The notes below the pieces were generated by a model, which saw nothing but the letters and a program-made list of their open reading frames with translations, made no database searches and was not told the origin of the DNA. Made by a program: the position numbers and the translations under genes. Shown in pieces: positions 24,990 through 35,238 of a stretch of 39,989 bases of DNA (position 1 is the first letter of the stretch; each line of letters begins with the position of its first letter). Origin of the DNA: Puniceicoccales bacterium (lineage in GTDB: Bacteria; Verrucomicrobiota; Verrucomicrobiia; Opitutales; LL51); NCBI GenBank assembly GCA_031268005.1, contig JAIRYA010000025.1, positions 1 to 39,989 of the forward strand, in the 5' to 3' direction.

Positions 24990-25973
24990 TCACTTCCAAC
25001 GAATTAAAGATGCCCCCCATGTCGCTCCTGCGCCAAAGGCAACGATTAAAATTAAATCTCCGGACTGAATATGCCCCCCTTGCAAAGCTTCATCCATCGC
25101 AATCGGAATGGAGGCCGCGGAAGTATTGCCCGTGTGCTGTAAATTTGAAAATATTTTTTCCTGGGGAATTTTTATGCGCTCCGAAATCGCCGAAATAATT
25201 CGCATATTTGCCTGGTGGGGAATCACGCAAGCCACATCTTCTATGGTTAAACTATTTCTCAATAGAATGTCCTCGACGGCCGCGCACATCCGCTTGATCG
25301 CCTCCTTGAAAACTTCACGGCCCTCCATTCTAATGAAACGCTCCCTTTCGCCCTCACCGGATGCCGTAACTCCAAATCCTTGACAATATAACAATTGGGA
25401 TAAATGGCCATCGGCACCGACCAATATGTCCAATATACTCGCTTCGGAATTCGTATCCGTATTGCGCGATAGAACAACGGCCCCCGCCCCGTCACCGAAA
25501 AGTACGCAGGTGGATCGATCCTCCCAGTCCACGATGGATGACATTTTTTCCGCACCGATGACGAGAATATTCTTCATCATCGAATTGTTGATCAAAAAAT
25601 TGCGCCCCACGTCTAGGGCGTAGACAAATCCGGAACAGACCGCATTAATATCGAAGCACGGGATATCCGTACACCCCAATTTTCCCTGAATAATACACGC
25701 CGTTGACGGAAACTGCATGTCGGGCGTAACCGTCGCGACAAGGATTAAATCAATATCGCAAACGGAAATATTTGCATTTTCCAGAGCCTTCTCTGCGGCC
25801 CTACTACCGAGATCGGAGGTCACCTCCGTATCCAGACAAATTCTCCGCGATTCAATTCCCGTACGGGAAACAATCCACTCATTGCTGGTATCGACCATTC
25901 CTTCCAGGTCGGCATTCGAAAGCACACAATCCGGGACGTATGAACCTACGCCCCTAATAATAACACGCTCCAT
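24990..25973 (-). CDS. fabH: 3-oxoacyl-ACP synthase III
   Basis: Active-site context NAVCSGFVYAL, then HQANMRI and GNTSAASIP, at 327 aa. Confidence 0.92.
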   Translation of the reverse strand: MERVIIRGVGSYVPDCVLSNADLEGMVDTSNEWIVSRTGIESRRICLDTEVTSDLGSRAAEKALENANISVCDIDLILVATVTPDMQFPSTACIIQGKLGCTDIPCFDINAVCSGFVYALDVGRNFLINNSMMKNILVIGAEKMSSIVDWEDRSTCVLFGDGAGAVVLSRNTDTNSEASILDILVGADGHLSQLLYCQGFGVTASGEGERERFIRMEGREVFKEAIKRMCAAVEDILLRNSLTIEDVACVIPHQANMRIISAISERIKIPQEKIFSNLQHTGNTSAASIPIAMDEALQGGHIQSGDLILIVAFGAGATWGASLIRWK

Positions 25974-25992
25974 CGCTATTTAATTTTTGCCA

Positions 25993-26238
25993 CTACGCAG
26001 AAATAACGCTGACACGGCGATGCTTAGCATCCCATTCCACCCTACCGTCAATGAGTGAGAAAAGCGTAAAATCTCGCCCAAGCCCCACATGCTTTCCCGG
26101 ATGCATTTTTGTCCCACGCTGGCGCATTAAAATACTGCCCGCATGCACGATCTCACCACTATAACGCTTCACACCCAAACGTTTGCTCACACTATCGCGG
26201 CCATTCCGTGACGTCCCCTGCCCTTTTTTATGTGCCAT
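25993..26238 (-). CDS. rpmA: 50S ribosomal protein L27
   Basis: [48 protein letters not shown] is canonical bL27. Confidence 0.95.
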   Translation of the reverse strand: MAHKKGQGTSRNGRDSVSKRLGVKRYSGEIVHAGSILMRQRGTKMHPGKHVGLGRDFTLFSLIDGRVEWDAKHRRVSVISA

Positions 26239-26258
26239 TTTCAGATCCTCCTTAAAAA

Positions 26259-26573
26259 TTAAACGGAAATCGATTCAATCCTAATCACCGAAAGCTCCTG
26301 GCGATGACCGCGGCGACGCTCATAGCCCTGGCGGCGTTTCTTCTTAAAAACATAGACCTTTTTTCCCCTTTTGTTTTCGAGGAGCATTGCTTTGACGACG
26401 GCCCCATTGACATAGGGTGCACCGATCTTGGCATCTTGCCCTTCTCCGACAAAAAGTACCCTATCCAAATTAATCACATCTCCGGATTTCGATCCAACGT
26501 AGCGATTCACAAATAAAATATCTCCCTCGCGAACGATCAACTGTTGGCCTTGATTCTCGATAATTGCTTTCAT
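26259..26573 (-). CDS. rplU: 50S ribosomal protein L21
   Basis: [18 protein letters not shown]...DRVLFVG...[15 protein letters not shown] is canonical bL21, immediately upstream of rpmA. Confidence 0.93.
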   Translation of the reverse strand: MKAIIENQGQQLIVREGDILFVNRYVGSKSGDVINLDRVLFVGEGQDAKIGAPYVNGAVVKAMLLENKRGKKVYVFKKKRRQGYERRRGHRQELSVIRIESISV

Positions 26574-26651
26574 TCTTAAATCTATTCTCCAATAAAAAGC
26601 GTATCAAAGGTAACGCAAGCTATTTTTGTGTTTTTTTAAAATTAAAGGCAT

Positions 26652-27851
26652 TTAGGCTAGCATTTTTGCTAAAATTTCACGAATCCATTTCCCATTCCTT
26701 AAAAACTGCACTTCGATGCGCACATAGAAGAATGGTATGCTAAACCGAAAATCATCGGGAATTCTGACCGCATCCTTTTCCGTAGTGATGAGAAAATCGG
26801 CCGCCTCTGCCCGCTCATTAATCCGCGAAAGTTCGCTATTCGTGAAGCGGTGATGGTCGATGTAACGCCTCTTATAAATAATATTTGCCCCCAGACCGAG
26901 AATGAATTTTTCGAAACCTTCCGGCGATGCAATCGCACAAAAAATGGCGACTTTTTTCCCTTTCAAAATTTCCAGGGATTGAATTTCCTCCGTGCGATGG
27001 GCTACGAGGTAGCAGGGTTTATGGGTGCATTCGACGATTTGTGCCTTCGGGTTGATGGCGCTAATTTTTTGTTCCAGCAAAGAATTTCTCGTCCCATCCG
27101 ATTTCGTTAGGAGAATGCAGGATGCCCGATCCAAATGCTTCAGCGGTTCCCGCAAAATGCCACGGGGCAGTAAATAGCAATTGCCAAAGGGATTGGTCTT
27201 GTCGATCAAGGCCATTCGCAAACTTGAACGCAATCGCAAATATTGATAGCCATCATCTAGGATCAAAATATCGGAACCGAAACGCTTGATCGCATAGCGT
27301 CCCGCTTTAATTCGGTCCTTATCGACCACAACCGGTATGCCCTTCAAATTTTTAGCCAGCATGTAGGGTTCATCGCCCGCATGTTCCGAATCGAGGAGAA
27401 TATTTTTCCCGTCACTCACAACTTTGGGAGGTTTATCCGACGAATGGGTTAGCCAACGCCAAAACTTCCAATAGGCCGGCTCGCTTTTACTCTTATACCC
27501 CCGACTAATGATGGCCGGCCGCCGCCCCATCCCCAGAAGTAATTTGGCCAAATATTCTGCCACGGGCGTCTTGCCCGTCCCTCCCATCGTAATATTTCCC
27601 ACGACGACGACGTGGCAACCTAGAGACTGCGAATGGAGATAGTGCTTTTGATAGAGCCAGACGCGCAGCCTAATGATGAGGACAAATAGAAAGGAAAAAG
27701 GAACTAAAATAACGGTGATACCCTTCGCCAATGGCGTCCCTTTCCGGTCATAGAGAATATCGGCGATAAACTGTACAAATTTATCAAATGCCCGGTAAAT
27801 ATGTCTCCTTTGTTTTTTTAGGATATAGCGAATTTTTCGTAAAATCCTCAT
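26652..27851 (-). CDS. lpxK: Tetraacyldisaccharide 4'-kinase
   Basis: P-loop [27 protein letters not shown] and ILDDGYQ. Start set to MRILRK (27851), forming an ATGA overlap with the holA stop; the ORF track extends to 27929. Confidence 0.85.
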   Translation of the reverse strand: MRILRKIRYILKKQRRHIYRAFDKFVQFIADILYDRKGTPLAKGITVILVPFSFLFVLIIRLRVWLYQKHYLHSQSLGCHVVVVGNITMGGTGKTPVAEYLAKLLLGMGRRPAIISRGYKSKSEPAYWKFWRWLTHSSDKPPKVVSDGKNILLDSEHAGDEPYMLAKNLKGIPVVVDKDRIKAGRYAIKRFGSDILILDDGYQYLRLRSSLRMALIDKTNPFGNCYLLPRGILREPLKHLDRASCILLTKSDGTRNSLLEQKISAINPKAQIVECTHKPCYLVAHRTEEIQSLEILKGKKVAIFCAIASPEGFEKFILGLGANIIYKRRYIDHHRFTNSELSRINERAEAADFLITTEKDAVRIPDDFRFSIPFFYVRIEVQFLRNGKWIREILAKMLA

Positions 27852-28948
27852 GCATTGACGGGCTTTGCCTTCGATAAAATCACCGGCGTCCCGGAAGAAG
27901 CCATCACCATTCTCAGCTGAAAATACCACTCTTCAAACAGCAACTGTTGCCGTCCGTAGTGTTCCGATAGGGTAACAATCGCGCCCAGGAGTTTGCTTTG
28001 AAAATCGATCCAATCCCCCAGGGAACCCTTTTTTGCAATTGCCAATAACTTTCCCAGATACCACGGATTTTGCGTAAAAATACTGCCCACTTCCCCGCGA
28101 TACAAGGCCGCATATTTTTCCTTGAGCCGTTCCAGGGCGATTTTAGTAACATTTTCCAGGCCATCATTTTCGTGGAGATAGCGCAATTGAATGAGCAAAC
28201 GCAGGCGATTTTGCAGCGCCGCCAACAGCGGCCTTCCCTCTTCCCTGTAAAGGAAGTAGCGGCGGATTCCCCGGGCGAAAGCCTCCCCATCATCCCCAAA
28301 AAATAACTCAACCGTTTCAAAAAAATCATCGCCGCGAAGGTCGACAACAATTTCCTCCACGTCCCGAACTTCGATCCCACTTTCATCCGCCCCATGGAGC
28401 AACAATTTATCCAGTTCACCGCCAATTATTGCCAAATCATTGCCCGTTCGCCCTAAAAATTTACTAAGCGCTTCGGCGCTTATTTTTTTACCTTCACCCT
28501 TCACCCCATCGCGGACGTATTGTTCGCACCCCACCGACTTAGGCGCTTCCAAAATCTCACCGTGGCAATTTTCTAAAAACCATTTAATAACCCTTTGGCG
28601 CCCATCGACGGATCTCGCCGCCATCAAATAGCCAACTTCCGGTAGTTTTTCGAGTAGGCTTTGCAATTCATCCATCCAGGACAGAACCTCCTCCGAACGC
28701 CCAATGGAAGCGTCGCTCAAAAAGGAAACATCGCGATAGTAAACGCACTTTTTCTCGGCAAAAAGGGAAACCGTACGCAGCGCCTCGCACACCCGTCGCA
28801 ATTCTTGAACGGCCTCGGAAATACTATCCGCATCGCTGTCGATGGTTTCAATTTCAACGCCCTGAAAAGATTGAAGAATGGCATCACTGCGTTTCCTAAC
28901 GCTAAAGCAATCATTACCTGCTATAAAAAATTTCGATTCCAACATCAA
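27848..28948 (-). CDS. holA: DNA polymerase III delta subunit
   Basis: 366 aa. N-terminal FFIAGNDCF and central GNDLAIIGGELDKLLLH resemble HolA signatures (YLL.G.D.. and ..EL.KL.LY). Assignment by pattern only. Confidence 0.6.
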   Translation of the reverse strand: MMLESKFFIAGNDCFSVRKRSDAILQSFQGVEIETIDSDADSISEAVQELRRVCEALRTVSLFAEKKCVYYRDVSFLSDASIGRSEEVLSWMDELQSLLEKLPEVGYLMAARSVDGRQRVIKWFLENCHGEILEAPKSVGCEQYVRDGVKGEGKKISAEALSKFLGRTGNDLAIIGGELDKLLLHGADESGIEVRDVEEIVVDLRGDDFFETVELFFGDDGEAFARGIRRYFLYREEGRPLLAALQNRLRLLIQLRYLHENDGLENVTKIALERLKEKYAALYRGEVGSIFTQNPWYLGKLLAIAKKGSLGDWIDFQSKLLGAIVTLSEHYGRQQLLFEEWYFQLRMVMASSGTPVILSKAKPVNA

Positions 28949-29005
28949 TTCATTTAAAATAGGAAAAAAACAGATGAGGCAATGGCGATCTAACCACAGC
29001 GCCTC

Positions 29006-29710
29006 CTATGAAGTCTCTTCGTCGCTTTCCTCCAGTTGGGCGGAATTTTTATCCTTTTCGGGAATCCACTGCGGATTGACCACTCCCCCCGAAATGATCA
29101 TTTTCATTCCATCGGCGACGGACATGGCTAAAAATATAACGTCCTCCCGGGGAACAAACAGCAAAAACCCACTCGTCGGATTGGGTGTCGTTGGAAGAAA
29201 AACATTGATGACTTGTTCCTTCGTTTTGACTTGAACTTCCCCCATCGTCTCACTGGTTAAAAAGCCGAGGGCATAGCTCCCCTTACAGGGATACTGAATC
29301 AGTACGGTCGTTTGGAAGACGGCCTCCCGATTTTTACTGAATGTTTCGACGATCTGTTTCACCGTTTTGTAGACACTATTCACAAAGGGCACGCTTTCGA
29401 TGAGCTGTTCCGTCAGGCGAATAACTGTTTTTCCTAAAAAATATTGCGACAAAAATCCGAGTACGGTAATAATCCCAACGATAAAAATCGTGGAAAATAG
29501 ATTAATCACCGTATTCATCCAGAATTTATCCGGAATTTTTAAACCAAAACAATCCAATAAAAATCGACTCGATGGCGCTCCCACATAATCCAGCAATAGG
29601 GTCACGACAATGGCGGTAATCCCCAGGGGAAGTAGGATGAAAAGTCCCGTAAAAAACCAATTCTTAATCATCCTAAATAAATGCGGAGACTTTCTACTTT
29701 TTTTAGCCAT
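29006..29710 (-). CDS. DUF502 family membrane protein
   Basis: The N-terminal IKNWFFTGLFILLPLGITAIVV motif and two-TM plus soluble-domain layout are typical of DUF502. Confidence 0.7.
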   Translation of the reverse strand: MAKKSRKSPHLFRMIKNWFFTGLFILLPLGITAIVVTLLLDYVGAPSSRFLLDCFGLKIPDKFWMNTVINLFSTIFIVGIITVLGFLSQYFLGKTVIRLTEQLIESVPFVNSVYKTVKQIVETFSKNREAVFQTTVLIQYPCKGSYALGFLTSETMGEVQVKTKEQVINVFLPTTPNPTSGFLLFVPREDVIFLAMSVADGMKMIISGGVVNPQWIPEKDKNSAQLEESDEETS

Positions 29711-29760
29711 GCTTTAACTCTATAAATTACTTGGAAAATACAATGTTTTTTTATTCAATT

Positions 29761-30183
29761 TCAAATCAATCCTATGCAACGCTCCCCATTTTTCTTTGCC
29801 ATGATTTGAATATTTTGCGTCATATTCCCCTCCAATTCAACCAAATTCTCCGCCCATTCTACGACAATTACAAAGGGATGCTGGGCATAGTCTAAAACAC
29901 CCAAATACTCCCCTCTTTCCAGGCGATAGGCATCGATGTGAATCAAATTCATTGTCCCCGCATAGTGCGCCAGAATATTAAATGTCGGACTTGTTAGGGG
30001 TTCCCCAATCCCCAAAGCCCTTGCTATACCCTTCGCAAAGGTTGTTTTTCCGACGCCCAAATCCCCGCGCAAAGCAATGATAGTGCCATCGCCTAGCAAT
30101 TTTCCAAAGGCTTCTCCGAGGGCGATCAAATCCTCCGCCGTTGGACAAATAATTCCCTTTTTTAATCTCTCTTTCAATGTCAT
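29761..30183 (-). CDS. tsaE: tRNA threonylcarbamoyladenosine biosynthesis ATPase TsaE
   Basis: LRGDLGVGKTTFAKGIARALGI, SPTFNI and HIDAYRL. Start set to MTLKERL (30183); the ORF track extends to 30249. Confidence 0.85.
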   Translation of the reverse strand: MTLKERLKKGIICPTAEDLIALGEAFGKLLGDGTIIALRGDLGVGKTTFAKGIARALGIGEPLTSPTFNILAHYAGTMNLIHIDAYRLERGEYLGVLDYAQHPFVIVVEWAENLVELEGNMTQNIQIMAKKNGERCIGLI

Positions 30184-30295
30184 ATGCCATTGGAATGGCA
30201 ATGGAATGGGATAAGCCATGAAAAGCAAGATAGTAATTTTCCACAGCATTCCTGAAGCAAATTCTTTTTGGAAAAAATTCTCTTTTTCTCAAACA

Positions 30296-30432
30296 AGACT
30301 TCTCTCCCTGCCAAAACCAGTGGAGATTTTCTCTTGGTTTTGGCTGAAAGAGGTCAAGGCGTTTGTGACTCCTTGCAGGCGCAGGACAGCGTTCTGCAAG
30401 CAGGCGACGGAGTCCCGTGGCAAGCCTAGGGA
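30296..30432 (+). repeat. Diverged third copy of multi-hairpin repeat module A
   Basis: gccaaaaccag...ttggttttggc hairpin (30310-30344), ggctgaaagaggtcaagg, ctccttgcagg...ctgcaag hairpin (30369-30400). Collinear with 17225-17380 and 17581-17740 but much more diverged. Confidence 0.55.
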
Positions 30433-30527
30433 ATTTACTCTCTCTTCGGCATTTCATCCCATTGCCTAAGTCGAAGGGGTAGCGAAAATATTAAAAAAAA
30501 TTTTTCTAAAATATTTAATAAAAGAGT

Positions 30528-30555
30528 TTGACAAGGTTGGAGATGGATTTAGGTT
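30528..30555 (+). promoter_or_regulatory. Sigma70-like promoter candidate for rplM-rpsI
   Basis: TTGACA (30528-30533), 16-nt spacer, TAGGTT (30550-30555). Strongly AT-rich UP-like tract at 30485-30525. Confidence 0.4.
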
Positions 30556-30574
30556 GGCAGGGGTTGGGTGTTCC

Positions 30575-31006
30575 ATGAAGACAACTTTAGTAAGAAAAGA
30601 AGATGCACAGAATAAGGCATGGCGTATCGTTGATGCGGCCGATATTGTGCTGGGAAAGTTAGCAGTAAAAGTGGCGAATGTGTTGCGCGGAAAGGATAAG
30701 CCAACGTTTACACCCCACGTTGACAACGGTGATTTTGTGATTGTTATCAATGCGGAAAAGGTGAAAGTTACGGGAAAGAAGGAACTCGATAAGAAGTACA
30801 TGTTTTATTCGATGTACGTGGGAAATGAGAAGCGTATTTCCCTAAATAGGATGCGGGTGCGCCGTCCGGAATTTATCATTGAACATGCGGTAAAAGGTAT
30901 GCTGCAAAAGAATCGCCTTGCAAATGCCATGGTTCGAAAATTGAAGGTGTATGCGGGTGCAGAGCATCCCCACGGGGCGCAAAAACCGAAACCGTTAGCC
31001 ATATAG
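30575..31006 (+). CDS. rplM: 50S ribosomal protein L13
   Basis: WRIVDAADIVLGKLAVKVANVLRGKDKPTFTPHVDNGDFVIVINAEKV is canonical uL13. Start set to MKTTLV (30575). Confidence 0.95.
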   Translation: MKTTLVRKEDAQNKAWRIVDAADIVLGKLAVKVANVLRGKDKPTFTPHVDNGDFVIVINAEKVKVTGKKELDKKYMFYSMYVGNEKRISLNRMRVRRPEFIIEHAVKGMLQKNRLANAMVRKLKVYAGAEHPHGAQKPKPLAI

Positions 31007-31015
31007 TTTGTGATC

Positions 31016-31414
31016 ATGAGTGAAGATTTAGTAGAATTTTTAGGAACGGGTCGCCGTAAGACTTCCATTGCACGGGTTAGAATTTCCACTGGCAGTGGCA
31101 AAATTGTTGTTAACGGTAAACCCATTGGGGAATATTGCTACCAGGAGGTGACCCAGAAAATGGCTTTGTCGCCGCTAGTTACGGCAAATTTATTGGGAAA
31201 AGTTGATGCCCGTATGAATGTCTTTGGGGGAGGTATTTCCGGACAGGCGGGTGCAATCCGCCTGGGCATTGCCCGCGCCCTTTGTGAGATGGATACGACG
31301 CTTAGGCCCATCCTAAAGCGAGCGGGACATTTGACGCGCGACGGTCGAAAGAAGGAGCGCAAAAAACCGGGACAGCCGGGTGCCAGGAAGCGATTCCAGT
31401 TCTCAAAGCGCTAG
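31016..31414 (+). CDS. rpsI: 30S ribosomal protein S9
   Basis: GTGRRKTSIARV, GGGISGQAGAIRLGIARAL and LTRDGRKKERKKPGQPGARKRFQFSKR are canonical uS9. ATG at 31016; an in-frame GTG lies at 31010. Confidence 0.95.
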   Translation: MSEDLVEFLGTGRRKTSIARVRISTGSGKIVVNGKPIGEYCYQEVTQKMALSPLVTANLLGKVDARMNVFGGGISGQAGAIRLGIARALCEMDTTLRPILKRAGHLTRDGRKKERKKPGQPGARKRFQFSKR

Positions 31415-31435
31415 GACTAAGTTTCCATTGTTCTG

Positions 31436-31470
31436 GAAAAGGTACTTTTGGGGTACCTTTTTTGTTTTTT
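31436..31470 (+). terminator. Rho-independent terminator after rpsI
   Basis: aaaaggtac-ttttggg-gtacctttt forms a 9-bp stem, followed by tttgtttttt. Confidence 0.7.
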
Positions 31471-31549
31471 CCGTGAAATAAGACAGAAATACGGGGGAAT
31501 TTCCTCAAAAGCACTGGACAGCCGATGGATTTGAATTAGATGAATTTCA

Positions 31550-32467
31550 ATGAAAAGAATGGGATTGTTATTTCCGGGTCAGGGAACGCAAATGGTGGGA
31601 ATGGGACGGTCTCTCGTGGATCACTACGAAACGGCGGCAAAGTTATTTGAAGAAGCGAGCTCGATTTTGGGCTACGATTGGGAAAAATTGTGCTTTGAAG
31701 GCCCGATGCAAACACTCACGGAGAGTCGTCACTGCCAGCCGGCTCTATTCGTGCATCAGTTCGCAGCGGCTCGGGTCTTGGAAGAACTCGTTGGAGCGGA
31801 AAAATTTACGCTTGCCATGGGACTGAGCATCGGAGAGGTGGCGGCACTGGCGATTGCGGGTGTATTCGACTTCAAAACCGGCGTAAAAATTGTCCAAAAA
31901 AGAGGAGAATTTATCCAGGAGGCCTGTGAAATGAGCGACGGTGGAATGGTTTCCATTCTAGGTACAACCTTCGATGCCGTGGAAAAATTGTGCGATCTAT
32001 GTGCCGTGGAGATTTCCAATGTTAACGGTCCCGGACAGATTGTTTTAGCGGGAGAAAAAGAAAAAATACGCCATGTCATCGAGATGGCCACGGAGGTAAC
32101 GGGTGGAAAGGCGCTGCCTTTGAATGTCGCGGGAGCGTTTCACAGTTCCTGGATGGAGCCGGCGCGGGAGAAGTTTGATACATTTTTAGGGGGAATTATT
32201 TTCAAAAAACCGAAATTTAAAGTGATTAGCAATGTGACAGGCGAGATAGTGGAAAATCCGGAACGGATTAAAGCACTGCTGATTCAGCAAATTGTTTCGC
32301 CGGTTCGCTGGTGGGATTGCATGCGAAGGGCGAAACGGGAAGGAATAAATTATTTCTATGAATGTGGCGTCGGCAAAACCTTGGCGAATATGGCGAAGCG
32401 CATTGACAATGAATTACGGGTACTATCCTTCGGTAGTTATGGGGATAATATTGAATTTCGGCGATGA
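31550..32467 (+). CDS. fabD: Malonyl-CoA:ACP transacylase
   Basis: FPGQGTQMVGMG, active-site GLSIGEVAAL, QPALF and GAFHS, at 305 aa. Confidence 0.9.
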   Translation: MKRMGLLFPGQGTQMVGMGRSLVDHYETAAKLFEEASSILGYDWEKLCFEGPMQTLTESRHCQPALFVHQFAAARVLEELVGAEKFTLAMGLSIGEVAALAIAGVFDFKTGVKIVQKRGEFIQEACEMSDGGMVSILGTTFDAVEKLCDLCAVEISNVNGPGQIVLAGEKEKIRHVIEMATEVTGGKALPLNVAGAFHSSWMEPAREKFDTFLGGIIFKKPKFKVISNVTGEIVENPERIKALLIQQIVSPVRWWDCMRRAKREGINYFYECGVGKTLANMAKRIDNELRVLSFGSYGDNIEFRR

Positions 32468-33369
32468 ATGAAGACCACGAAGTCTTCATTGCTCCGGGTT
32501 CTGGATTCTGTAAAGGCGTTGCGTTTGCGGTCCAAAAAGCACTCGATGTTGCCAAAAATAAAAAAGAAGGATCCGTATTTTTAGATGGCGAATTGGTCCA
32601 CAATCGCGCCGTTGGAGAGCGGTTATATGCCCAGGGAATACGACCATTGCAGCGAAATTCGAAAATTCATGGAGGGGATACGATTCTAATTCGAGCCCAC
32701 GGTATTTCACCGAAACGGAGGCTATTTTTAGAGCACTTCGGATGCAAAATCGAGGATTGTACCTGCCCACTGGTGCGAAAAATTTCGAGGATCATGGAAG
32801 CAAATCGGCATAGGCAAATTATACTATTGGGCGATCGCAATCATCCGGAAATTGAGGGATTGTGCGGATACGCAGAAAATATACGCGTCTGTGAAAACTT
32901 GAAGGAGCTTTCCCAACTGATCGCGGAAGTGTGCCAAAATAAAAAAACAGACAAAAATTTTTTAGATAATAAAAATTTCAAGGGGACGGAAAATTGGATC
33001 ATGCTTTGCCAATCGACGTTGGATATGGATTTTCTGGAGGCGGCGAAAAATTTATGCGGTGAAAAAAATTTTTCCGTTGAGATTTTTGACACAATTTGTT
33101 CGGCGACGAAACGGCGCCAATCGGGCCTCGAAGTCTTAAAGGATTGCGATGCGGTGATCGTCGTCGGTGGATTCCATTCGGCGAATACGAAGCGTCTATT
33201 TGAAAAAATGAAAAGACAAGTGGCCGCCGTATTCTGGATAGAAAAGGTCGGTGATTTGGCCCCAATTAATTGGAGGATTTATCCGAAAATTGGCATTGCG
33301 GCAGGGGCTTCAACGCCGCAGAGCGCCATGGAGAATATTTATGGCGAAATTTCTAAAAAAATAGCTTGA
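32464..33369 (+). CDS. ispH: 4-hydroxy-3-methylbut-2-enyl diphosphate reductase
   Basis: GFCKGV, ELVHNRAV, IRAHGISP, CPLVRK, CSATKRRQ and VVGGFHSANTKRL: three conserved Cys contexts. 4-nt overlap with fabD. Confidence 0.9.
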   Translation: MNEDHEVFIAPGSGFCKGVAFAVQKALDVAKNKKEGSVFLDGELVHNRAVGERLYAQGIRPLQRNSKIHGGDTILIRAHGISPKRRLFLEHFGCKIEDCTCPLVRKISRIMEANRHRQIILLGDRNHPEIEGLCGYAENIRVCENLKELSQLIAEVCQNKKTDKNFLDNKNFKGTENWIMLCQSTLDMDFLEAAKNLCGEKNFSVEIFDTICSATKRRQSGLEVLKDCDAVIVVGGFHSANTKRLFEKMKRQVAAVFWIEKVGDLAPINWRIYPKIGIAAGASTPQSAMENIYGEISKKIA

Positions 33370-33421
33370 AATTGTGAAAAAACAGAAAAGGATAGAAATA
33401 TAGTTAAAATTTATCCTAGGC

Positions 33422-33450
33422 TTGCGATGTTTGTGCGTTATTGATAAGCT
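33422..33450 (+). promoter_or_regulatory. Sigma70-like promoter candidate for rpsB-tsf
   Basis: TTGCGA (33422-33427), 17-nt spacer, TAAGCT (33445-33450), ~65 nt upstream of the rpsB ATG. Confidence 0.4.
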
Positions 33451-33516
33451 CTAAAAGTTGAAGAGTATTCGATTTTTGTGGTTTGCGCATTGCCATCGTG
33501 GGTACGGAGTTTTACC

Positions 33517-34443
33517 ATGAATATTACAATTAATGATTTATTTGAGGCGGGGGTTCATCTCGGCCACCAGAAACGTCGTTGGAATCCAAAATCCAAGAAT
33601 TTTATTTTTGATCATCGGGGCGGTATTTCGATCATTGATCTGGAAAAGACCTATGAGCAATTGGATAGGGCCTGTACTTTTGTGCAAGAACTTGCAAGTA
33701 AGGGGCAAAAAATTTTATTTGTGGCAACAAAAAAACAGGCACAGGAAGTTGTCCGTGAAATGGCAACACTTTTAAAGATGCCGTTTTGTGTCAATCGCTG
33801 GCTCGGTGGATGCCTGACGAATTTCGAAACGGTGAAACGTAGTTTGAACAAATATCGCCGATTTTTAGCCATGGAAGCGGACGGTTCACTGGCGGTGATG
33901 CTAAAGAAAGAGGCCGCCGTCATTCGCCGCCAAATGGCTCGAATGCACCGCGGTTTTGAGGGGATGCTCGAGGTTAACAATCTTCCCGATGCGCTATTTA
34001 TTGTGGACGTGAAGTTCGAAAATATCGCCGTTCAGGAAGCCCACCGCCTAAATATTCCCACGGTTGCAATTGTGGATACGAACTCCGATCCTTCATTCAT
34101 TTCCCATGTTATTCCCGCCAATGATGATTCGTCGAAGTCCATAAAAATTATTTTGGAAACGGTTTCCGAGGCCATTCAGATGGGCCAAGAGGCCTATGAG
34201 GCCAAGCAATCGGACAGCAGAAAACGGCAAAAAATTATAGCGGAAAAAGATTTAACCGGCAATGATGGCGTAACGATAGATGCGGAACTTGCCAGTAAGG
34301 CCGAAAAAGTAACCGACAGGGACGAGGAAGCTGCCCTTGGGGGGCACAATAGACCCGCAGCGCACAGGAGACGTTCTACGGGTAAAAACACGGAGGAAAA
34401 GCCCATGGAAAATGGAGTAAAATCTGAGGAAATTAAAGAATAG
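33517..34443 (+). CDS. rpsB: 30S ribosomal protein S2 with a charged C-terminal extension
   Basis: LFEAGVHLGHQKRRWNPK, ILFVATKKQAQ, PDALFIVD and IPTVAIVDTNSDP. Start set to MNITINDL (33517), with GGAG 10 nt upstream. About 80 extra charged residues at the C-terminus. Confidence 0.95.
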   Translation: MNITINDLFEAGVHLGHQKRRWNPKSKNFIFDHRGGISIIDLEKTYEQLDRACTFVQELASKGQKILFVATKKQAQEVVREMATLLKMPFCVNRWLGGCLTNFETVKRSLNKYRRFLAMEADGSLAVMLKKEAAVIRRQMARMHRGFEGMLEVNNLPDALFIVDVKFENIAVQEAHRLNIPTVAIVDTNSDPSFISHVIPANDDSSKSIKIILETVSEAIQMGQEAYEAKQSDSRKRQKIIAEKDLTGNDGVTIDAELASKAEKVTDRDEEAALGGHNRPAAHRRRSTGKNTEEKPMENGVKSEEIKE

Positions 34444-34452
34444 GAGTAAAAA

Positions 34453-35046
34453 ATGGTAGAAGTTAGTGCAAAGTTAGTCGGTGAACTCCGCAATTCGACG
34501 GGAGCCGGTTTTGCGGATTGCAAAAATGCCTTAGTCGAGGCCAATGGAGATTTCGAAAAAGCGGTGACGATTTTAAAGAAAAAAGGCGTAGCGACGGCGG
34601 CCAAAAAATTAGGTCGTGCGGCAAATGAGGGCGTCGTTGAATCCTATATTCACGGCGATGGACGCATCGGAGTGCTATTGGAACTGAATTGCGAAACGGA
34701 TTTTGTCGCCAAAAATTCAGAATTTAGGAAACTGGCACGGGACATTTGCATGCACATTGCGGCAGCAAGCCCTCTGTACATTTCCCGCAGCGAGGTCTCG
34801 GCGGATTTGGTTGAAAAGGAAAAAGAGATTGCAACTGCTCAGGCGGCGGGAAAACCGCAGCATGCGATTGATAAAATTGTGGAAGGAAAACTGGACAAGT
34901 GGTACCAACAAATTTGCCTATTGGATCAGTCTTTTGTAAAAGATCAGGACAAAACGGTGAATGATCTCATTGGGGCAATGATTGCGATTATCGGCGAAAA
35001 TATTCGCATTGGACGTTTTTCCCGTTTTAAAATTGGGGAGCAATAG
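34453..35046 (+). CDS. tsf: Elongation factor Ts (short form, 197 aa)
   Basis: VSAKLVGELRNSTGAGFADCKNAL, then GRIGVLLELNCETDFVAKN. AGGAG lies upstream of the ATG. Confidence 0.92.
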   Translation: MVEVSAKLVGELRNSTGAGFADCKNALVEANGDFEKAVTILKKKGVATAAKKLGRAANEGVVESYIHGDGRIGVLLELNCETDFVAKNSEFRKLARDICMHIAAASPLYISRSEVSADLVEKEKEIATAQAAGKPQHAIDKIVEGKLDKWYQQICLLDQSFVKDQDKTVNDLIGAMIAIIGENIRIGRFSRFKIGEQ

Positions 35047-35238
35047 GATATTTATTCCTCCGCCGATGAAAAATGGCGGAAGTGAATGGTTTTTAGGATA
35101 TATTTTTTTCCAATTTGCATGAAAAGTTAAATCCACCTAAGCCTCTGTGGCAACGCATGTCCCAACGGAAAAAGTCTTTTCCAAAAAAATAACGAAAATA
35201 TTGTTGTATTTTTAAGAATTTGATTTATTCTATAAACA

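Noticed and set aside
27913-28425. 170-aa alternative-frame ORF within holA, and similar embedded ORFs inside tsaD, msbA, fabH and lpxK
   Set aside because: All are shorter than, and nested in, ORFs with recognisable conserved motifs. They carry no independent signal.
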